Shown: positions 58,770 through 64,000 of the stretch, piece by piece
Layout of the letters: every line of letters begins with the position of its first letter
How positions within the stretch are numbered: position 1 is the stretch's first letter
NCBI GenBank assembly: GCA_963797625.1
Contig: CAWCQI010000016.1
Span: 15,128-79,127 of the forward strand
Direction: 5' to 3'
Origin: an uncultured Acidobacteriota bacterium
GTDB taxonomy: Bacteria > Acidobacteriota > Vicinamibacteria > Vicinamibacterales > 2-12-FULL-66-21
DNA: 64,000 nt
Program-made: the position numbers and the translations under genes
Notes under the pieces: generated by a model
Database searches by the model: none
What the model saw: the letters and a program-made list of their open reading frames with translations, nothing else
What the model was told of the DNA's origin: nothing

Positions 58770-59588
58770 CTACTGGCTCCGCAGTTCAGCGATGATGTTC
58801 TCGAGTGCTGTGATGACTTCGTCGCGATCGACGCGGGACTTGTTGAACTTCAAAGACAGCTTGAAGGCTTTGGTTGGGGCTCTGTAGCTGAACACGTACG
58901 ACTTTGGCCGCCCAGGTTTGGGTTTGGCGGTTTCTTTTCGCACCGCCTCGCGGGTCGCGCCGCCATCCCGGGTGATTCGCTCCACCAATTCGACCATTTT
59001 CTGGGGATCTCCAAGCCTAACTATCTGTAAAAGCAATGACTTGGAGTGAATGTCGGCCAGCCGACAAAGGTTTTTGACCTCTTCGGGCATTCCATTGATA
59101 GAAAGGGACTCCGTAATCGACGTCCTCGACTTCCCCAGGCGCCTCGCCATGTCTTCGTGGGTGTAGTCGCACTTGCTTGCGAGCGAGTACAACGCCTCGG
59201 CTTCTTCGAATGCGGTCAGGTCCTTTCGCTGCAGGTTTTCAACCAGCGCGACCTCGATAATCTCGACGTCGTCGACCTCCCGAATCACGATTGGAATCTC
59301 GCGCAGGCCCACCTGGATGGCGGCCTGATACCGGCGCTCGCCGGCGATGATCTGGAAACGCGGACCACGCTGGCGGACGATGACAGGCTCGATGATGCCT
59401 TTCTCGGCGATCGAGGCCATCAGCTCGGAAAGGTCGCCCATCACCTGGCGAGGCTGATTGGGATTCGGGTCGATTTGGTCGATCGCCACCATGCGCCCGA
59501 TGGGGCTGCCAGCCGAGCTGGTCAGCGCCTCGACGTAATGCTCATCGTGGCGCATGCGGATCGTTTCTGGCAGTCCTCGCTTAGGCAC
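58770..59588 (-). CDS. parB: Chromosome partitioning protein ParB/Spo0J
   Basis: The likely GTG start at 59588 (VPKRGLPE) overlaps the parA stop. ParB box IIAGERRYQAA and an HTH segment are present. ORF-track entry 58770..59762 over-extends the N-terminus. Confidence 0.88.
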   Translation of the reverse strand: MPKRGLPETIRMRHDEHYVEALTSSAGSPIGRMVAIDQIDPNPNQPRQVMGDLSELMASIAEKGIIEPVIVRQRGPRFQIIAGERRYQAAIQVGLREIPIVIREVDDVEIIEVALVENLQRKDLTAFEEAEALYSLASKCDYTHEDMARRLGKSRTSITESLSINGMPEEVKNLCRLADIHSKSLLLQIVRLGDPQKMVELVERITRDGGATREAVRKETAKPKPGRPKSYVFSYRAPTKAFKLSLKFNKSRVDRDEVITALENIIAELRSQ

Positions 59589-60336
59589 GGTCCATGACCT
59601 CCTCGCACAGGCGGTAGTACTCGGCGGCGCCGGTCGACTCGGGTGCGAACGTAAAGATGGATTCCTTGTAGGCCGGGCTCTCCTCGAGCCGGACGCTCTT
59701 CGTAATGACGGTGTTGAAGACTTTGCTTCCAAACACCTTGTCAATCTGCGTTCGGATGTCACGCGCCAGCGCCGTGCGCTTGTCGTGCATCGTGATGACG
59801 ACTCCCAGAATCCTGAGCCCGGGATTCGCCCGCGCCCTGACTTTCTCGATCGTTTCCAGGAGGTCGTCCGTGCCCTCGAGGGCGAAATACGACGACTGAA
59901 TCGGAATCAGCAGGTGCGACGCGGCCACCAGCGCGTTGACGGTCAACAGCCCGAGCGTGGGCGGACAGTCAATGACGATGTTGGGATACTGCTCGCGGAT
60001 CGGCTCGAGGCGATCCTTCAACCGGAAGTGCGCGTCCAACTCCCCCACGAGCTTCGACTCGAGTTTGGCGAGCGCGATCCGCGACGGCGCGACGAACAAG
60101 TTCGGCAGCGTCGAGGGCAGAATCACGTCCGCGAACCCGACGTTGGGCTCGGAAATCGCGTCGTAGACGCTCCGGGAAACCCCGGTGACGTCCAGGTACG
60201 ACATCGAACTGTTGGCCTGCGGGTCGAGATCGATGAGGAGTGTGGGCTTACCCCTCAGGGCAAGCGCGGCAGCCAGGTTGATGGCGGTGGTTGTCTTCCC
60301 CACTCCGCCTTTTTGGTTGGCGATGGCAACGATCAT
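59581..60336 (-). CDS. parA: Chromosome partitioning ATPase ParA/Soj
   Basis: 251 aa with the deviant Walker A IANQKGGVGKTTT. Confidence 0.93.
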   Translation of the reverse strand: MIVAIANQKGGVGKTTTAINLAAALALRGKPTLLIDLDPQANSSMSYLDVTGVSRSVYDAISEPNVGFADVILPSTLPNLFVAPSRIALAKLESKLVGELDAHFRLKDRLEPIREQYPNIVIDCPPTLGLLTVNALVAASHLLIPIQSSYFALEGTDDLLETIEKVRARANPGLRILGVVITMHDKRTALARDIRTQIDKVFGSKVFNTVITKSVRLEESPAYKESIFTFAPESTGAAEYYRLCEEVMDRA

Positions 60337-60380
60337 CGGACGTGCGACGCAACTGAATGTACGGACAAGAGTTGTCCGAC

Positions 60381-60409
60381 ATTGTAGGGACCATGTGCGG
60401 GGGTGTCAA
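60381..60409 (-). promoter_or_regulatory. Consensus sigma70-type promoter for parAB (TTGACA-N17-TACAAT)
   Basis: On the - strand, TTGACA is the complement of 60404-60409 and TACAAT the complement of 60381-60386, with a 17-nt spacer. A 7-bp stem-loop (cggacaa-gag-ttgtccg, 60362-60378) follows in the leader. Confidence 0.6.
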
Positions 60410-60488
60410 CAAAACGATACAGCCGTGCTCGAAACTGCAGGAAATCGCACCCGATTCCAAGGGGTGGCGGGTGCCCGTCTCGCCCCTA

Positions 60489-60974
60489 CTACATCTTGTA
60501 GCGACCCATGGTTTCCGGGTCGAGGCTCTCGAGCCACTTCTGCAGGCGCTCGGAGTTCTCCTTGTCGGGGACGAAGTCCACGGTTTTCGCGTGGTCGATG
60601 ACGCGGTCCTCGACAAAGATGGGCGCCTGGGCCCGCAGCGCGAGTGCGATGGCATCGCTTGGGCGGGCGTCGACGGCGACGGGTTCGCCGTTCACGGTCA
60701 GGTAGATGAGCGCGTAGAACGTGTTTTCACGAAGGTCCGACACGACGATCTTCTGGATGTCGGCCTTGAGGTCGCAGATGACGTTTTTCAGCAGGTCGTG
60801 CGTCATCGGCCGCGGCGTCGTGACGTTCTCCATCTGCAGCGCGATGGCGTTGGCTTCGAAGACGCCGACCCAGATCGGCAGGACCCGCTGACCATCCTTG
60901 TCGCGCAGGATGATGATCGGCATGTTGGTGATGGGATCCACCATCAGGCCCTTGATGGTCATCTCGATCTGCAT
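60489..60974 (-). CDS. Bifunctional nuclease family protein (DUF151/BFN)
   Basis: 161 aa. VLPIWVGVFEANAIALQMENVTTPRPMTHDLL and VDARPSDAIALALR are typical of DUF151. Confidence 0.8.
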   Translation of the reverse strand: MQIEMTIKGLMVDPITNMPIIILRDKDGQRVLPIWVGVFEANAIALQMENVTTPRPMTHDLLKNVICDLKADIQKIVVSDLRENTFYALIYLTVNGEPVAVDARPSDAIALALRAQAPIFVEDRVIDHAKTVDFVPDKENSERLQKWLESLDPETMGRYKM

Positions 60975-61000
60975 GTTGTCCCCCGGTTAACCCCTGTTAC

Positions 61001-62335
61001 TTAAGACGCCGGCCGGAGCGCTTCGGCGCGCAGGCTGTTCGGGTTCGCGTCGGTGACGCGCACCGTCACCAGGCGCCCGATCCAGTCCGGCTCCCCCGCG
61101 AAATTCACCACCGTGTTGCCGCTCGTGCGGCCCGACAGCTCCCAGTCGCGGCGACGGCTCCGCGACTCGACGAGGACCTGCTCGTCGCGTCCGATCGCCT
61201 GACGATACAGCTCGCCCTGAATCTCCCGCTGAAGCGCCTGGAGCGCGACGATGCGCCGCGTCTTCTCGTCGTCCGGCACGTCGTCGGGCAGCCGCTTCTC
61301 GGCGAGCGTGTTCGGCCGCGGCGAGTACTTGAACGAGAACATGCTGTGATACCGCACCGCCGCCGTCAGCGACAGCGTGTCGTTGAAATCGGCCTCTGTC
61401 TCTCCCGGGAATCCAACGATCGTATCGGTCGAGAGGGCGATGTCCGGCATGGCGGCGCGAAGCGACGCCACGAGCTCGAGGTACGCCTCGCGCGTGTGGC
61501 GTCTGCGCATCGCGGCGAGGATTCGCGTCGAGCCGGACTGCACGGGAAGATGCAGGTGCCGGCAGACCTTGGGAAGCGCGCGCATGGCTTCGATCAGTCG
61601 CGGCGTCACATGCCGTGGATGTGGGCTGGCAAACCGGATGCGTTCGAGTCCCGCGATGTCGTTGAGGCGTTCGAGGAGCGCCGCGAAGTCGCAGGTGGGA
61701 TCGTCGGGTGCCTGGTAGTGGTTGACGATCTGCCCGAGGAGCTGAATTTCGAGGGCGCCCTCGCCCACTGCCTGTTGCGCCTCGGCAACGATCGCCGCAG
61801 CCGGACGCATCCGCTCGTGACCGCGCGTGTACGGCACGACGCAGAACGCGCAGAACTCGTTGCACCCTTCGATGATCGTCACGTACGCCTTGAATCGTTC
61901 CGAGCGCCGCGCGACACCCAGAGGAAACGAGACGTCGTCGAGCGGATCGATATCGACGATCGTTCGGGTTCCCGCGCCGGCAGCCGCCGCCTGCTCGACG
62001 AGCATCGGCAGGCGCTTGAGATTCTGTGTTCCGATGATGACGTCGACGGCCGAGGAGCGCGCCAGGATCTGTCGTCCTTCTTGCTGTGCGACGCAGCCGG
62101 CAACAGCGACGACTGGGCGAGCGCCGCGCTCGATTCCCGCTTGCCGAATCTCACCGAGCCGAGTGAAAAGCTTTTCTTCGGCGCGCTCTCGCACGCTGCA
62201 CGTGTTGATGACGATCACGTCGGCGTCGCCGTCGTCGGCGGTCGATTCGTAGCCGGCCTGCTCGAGGAGGCCGGCCATCCTCTCCGAATCGTGGACGTTC
62301 ATCTGGCAGCCGTGCGTCTCGATCAGGTATTTCAT
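61001..62335 (-). CDS. miaB: tRNA-2-methylthio-N6-dimethylallyladenosine synthase
   Basis: 444 aa. MTTase N-domain (THGCQMN), radical SAM motif CNEFCAFCVVPYTRG and a TRAM C-terminus. Confidence 0.93.
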   Translation of the reverse strand: MKYLIETHGCQMNVHDSERMAGLLEQAGYESTADDGDADVIVINTCSVRERAEEKLFTRLGEIRQAGIERGARPVVAVAGCVAQQEGRQILARSSAVDVIIGTQNLKRLPMLVEQAAAAGAGTRTIVDIDPLDDVSFPLGVARRSERFKAYVTIIEGCNEFCAFCVVPYTRGHERMRPAAAIVAEAQQAVGEGALEIQLLGQIVNHYQAPDDPTCDFAALLERLNDIAGLERIRFASPHPRHVTPRLIEAMRALPKVCRHLHLPVQSGSTRILAAMRRRHTREAYLELVASLRAAMPDIALSTDTIVGFPGETEADFNDTLSLTAAVRYHSMFSFKYSPRPNTLAEKRLPDDVPDDEKTRRIVALQALQREIQGELYRQAIGRDEQVLVESRSRRRDWELSGRTSGNTVVNFAGEPDWIGRLVTVRVTDANPNSLRAEALRPAS

Positions 62336-62377
62336 GCAAGAATCCGCTGAAATCCGCGCCCTTTCGCCTTTTGCTGT

Positions 62378-64000
62378 TTATTCGCCTTTCGCCCCGGCGT
62401 TCCGGGTTGCGAGCATTTCGCGCGCGCTCGCCAGAACGGCGGCCGACACATCGTTGCCGCCAATCATGCGGGCGAGCTCCTCCTGCCGCGCTCCGGCCGC
62501 CAGTCGATCGACTCGCGTGACGGTCCTGCCCTGGCGGACCGACTTCGCAATCGACAGATGCGTCCCCCCGTAGGCGGCAATCTGGGGGAGGTGTGTGATG
62601 CACAGCACCTGAAATCGCTTGGCCAGGTTCTGCAGCCTCACCCCGACGACGTCCGCGACTGCCCCACCGATTCCGGTGTCGACCTCGTCGAAGATCAGCG
62701 TCTTTCCCAGCGCGTCGCTCGATCCGAGCGTCTTCAGCGCGAGCATGATCCGCGACAACTCGCCGCCCGACGCGATCCGGGCCAGCGGCTTCAGATCCTC
62801 CCCCGGATTCGGCGAGATGTAAAACTCAGCGTGTTCGAGTCCCCGCTCGGTCCACTCGGCCTCGGCGCGGGCGGTCGTAAAACGCACCTCGCAGCGCGTG
62901 CGCGCCATCGCGAGATCGCCGAGCGATTTCTCCAACGTCCGGCTGAAAACAGGCGCGGCCGATTCACGCCGCGCCGACAACCGCGCGCCGCACTCGACAT
63001 ACGCTTCGCGCGCGACACTGAGCGACCGGTCGAGCTCGGCCAATCGTTCGGACCCATGCGCCAGTACGTCGATCTCCCGCTTCAGATCCTCGCTCCGCGC
63101 CAGGACCTGCGCAAGGGTGAGGCCGTGCTTTTTCTTGAGACGTTCCAGGGATGCGAGCCGATCCTCGACCTCCTGCAACCGCGCCGGCGCGGCATCGATG
63201 TCGGCGACGTACGAGCGGAGAAAGTAGGCGAGGTCTTCGAGCGCCGGCTTGATTGATTCGCGCGCGGTCAGGTGCGGCGCGAACCGCTCGTCGATGGCCG
63301 CGAGCTCGCCGACTTTGCGCCAGACCGCGCCGAGCGCGGAGAGCGCCGCGCCGTCACCCTCGTAGAGCGTCTGATAGGCCTCGTTGCAGAGCCGCTGCAG
63401 CTTGTCCGCGTTGGCCAGCACCTGCCGCGTCGCGGCGAGCTCGTCGTCTTCACCCGGCTTGGGGTTGACGCGTTCGATTTCGGCCAGCTGAAACGCGACG
63501 AACTCGGATCGCGCCGCGCTCTCACGCTGGCTGGCCAGCAGGCGATCGCGTTCACCGCTGATCGCCTGCCAGGTCGAATACGCGGCCGCGACGTCTGCGC
63601 GTTCATGCTCGAGCCCTGCGTACGCGTCGAGCACGTCGAGGTGAGTCGCCGGGTCGAGCAGCACCTGATGTTCGTGCTGACCATGGAGATCGACGAGCGC
63701 GCCCGACAGCTCGCGGAGCGCGACGTTGGTGACGAGCGCGCCGTCGACGAACGCACGGCTCCTGCCCTGCGCCGAGACCTCACGCTTGACGATGATTTCT
63801 CGACCGTCTGGTGCATCAAAGATCGCTTCAACCGACGCTGATTCTTCACCCGTGCGCACGAGTTCGGCCGAGGCGCGCCCGCCAACGAGCAGGCCGACGG
63901 CGCCTACGAGGATCGACTTGCCGGCGCCGGTTTCCCCCGTGAGGACGGTCAGGCCCGGCCCGAATTCGAGCTCAATCCGATCGATGACCGCGAGGTGGCG
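62378..64000 (-). CDS. recN: DNA repair protein RecN; N-terminal end runs off the window
   Basis: Coiled-coil body, signature GGELSRIMLALK and Walker B LIFDEVDTGIGG. Upstream of track ORF 62378..63859, the same frame stays open and encodes GETGAGKSIL (Walker A) at about 63900-63960. Confidence 0.92.
   Translation of the reverse strand, partial: RHLAVIDRIELEFGPGLTVLTGETGAGKSILVGAVGLLVGGRASAELVRTGEESASVEAIFDAPDGREIIVKREVSAQGRSRAFVDGALVTNVALRELSGALVDLHGQHEHQVLLDPATHLDVLDAYAGLEHERADVAAAYSTWQAISGERDRLLASQRESAARSEFVAFQLAEIERVNPKPGEDDELAATRQVLANADKLQRLCNEAYQTLYEGDGAALSALGAVWRKVGELAAIDERFAPHLTARESIKPALEDLAYFLRSYVADIDAAPARLQEVEDRLASLERLKKKHGLTLAQVLARSEDLKREIDVLAHGSERLAELDRSLSVAREAYVECGARLSARRESAAPVFSRTLEKSLGDLAMARTRCEVRFTTARAEAEWTERGLEHAEFYISPNPGEDLKPLARIASGGELSRIMLALKTLGSSDALGKTLIFDEVDTGIGGAVADVVGVRLQNLAKRFQVLCITHLPQIAAYGGTHLSIAKSVRQGRTVTRVDRLAAGARQEELARMIGGNDVSAAVLASAREMLATRNAGAKGE

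Noticed and set aside
58414-60488. parS centromere sites near parAB.
   Set aside because: I found no convincing match by eye to the TGTTTCACGTGAAACA consensus in or around parAB. The nearest partial match (gcacgtgaaata, at about 27275-27286) is inside pilB and matches only about 10/16 positions. A proper pattern search is needed, so I make no call.

Overview
This is a 64-kb high-GC (about two-thirds G+C by eye) bacterial chromosomal segment. I saw no rRNA or tRNA genes, CRISPR arrays, transposases or prophage genes. The protein repertoire suggests an Acidobacteriota-like (Vicinamibacteria-type) genome; that is inference only. It includes a CarboxypepD_reg-type TonB receptor, many TPR proteins, a CRTAC1/ASPIC-UnbV protein, a lipidated TPR-secretin pilus cluster and a MoxR-DUF58-BatA cluster.

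Gene order:
- gcvPB (3' part), class IV aminotransferase, nnr, tsaE, guaB, secA, M23 peptidase, comM/yifB
- two TPR proteins, a TonB-dependent receptor, a CRTAC1-like protein
- MltD-like transglycosylase, a two-gene microcompartment module (BMC-H shell protein plus acylating aldehyde dehydrogenase), a lipoprotein, an SLT transglycosylase
- a 12-kb type IV filament cluster (pilC, pilB/gspE, pilMNOP, secretin-cohesin, three pilin-like genes, a Big/PKD lipoprotein)
- an amino-sugar/MurNAc recycling cluster (serine hydrolase, SSS transporter, GHL10, GlcNAc kinase, nagB, murQ)
- MoxR-DUF58-BatA-like cluster, xerD, DUF4342, metK, PHP hydrolase, GntR regulator, fused lptFG, parAB, DUF151 nuclease, miaB, recN (partial)

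Non-routine observations:
1. A family of intergenic arrays with 7-nt periodicity, mostly arranged as long inverted repeats. They place TGA/TAG stops in all three frames on both strands, and they supply the stop codon of at least two ORFs.
2. An isolated BMC shell plus aldehyde dehydrogenase pair. The dehydrogenase has a linker-flanked amphipathic helix and an extra C-terminal module.
3. A lipobox-TPR-secretin apparently continuous with a C-terminal cohesin domain, inside a hybrid PilMNO plus GspG-like filament cluster.
4. Very many single-base frame disruptions, concentrated at 11.2-19.4 kb but also hitting housekeeping genes. I cannot tell assembly error from real gene decay using sequence alone.

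All coordinates for disrupted genes are reconstructions by eye from the six-frame track and the raw sequence.
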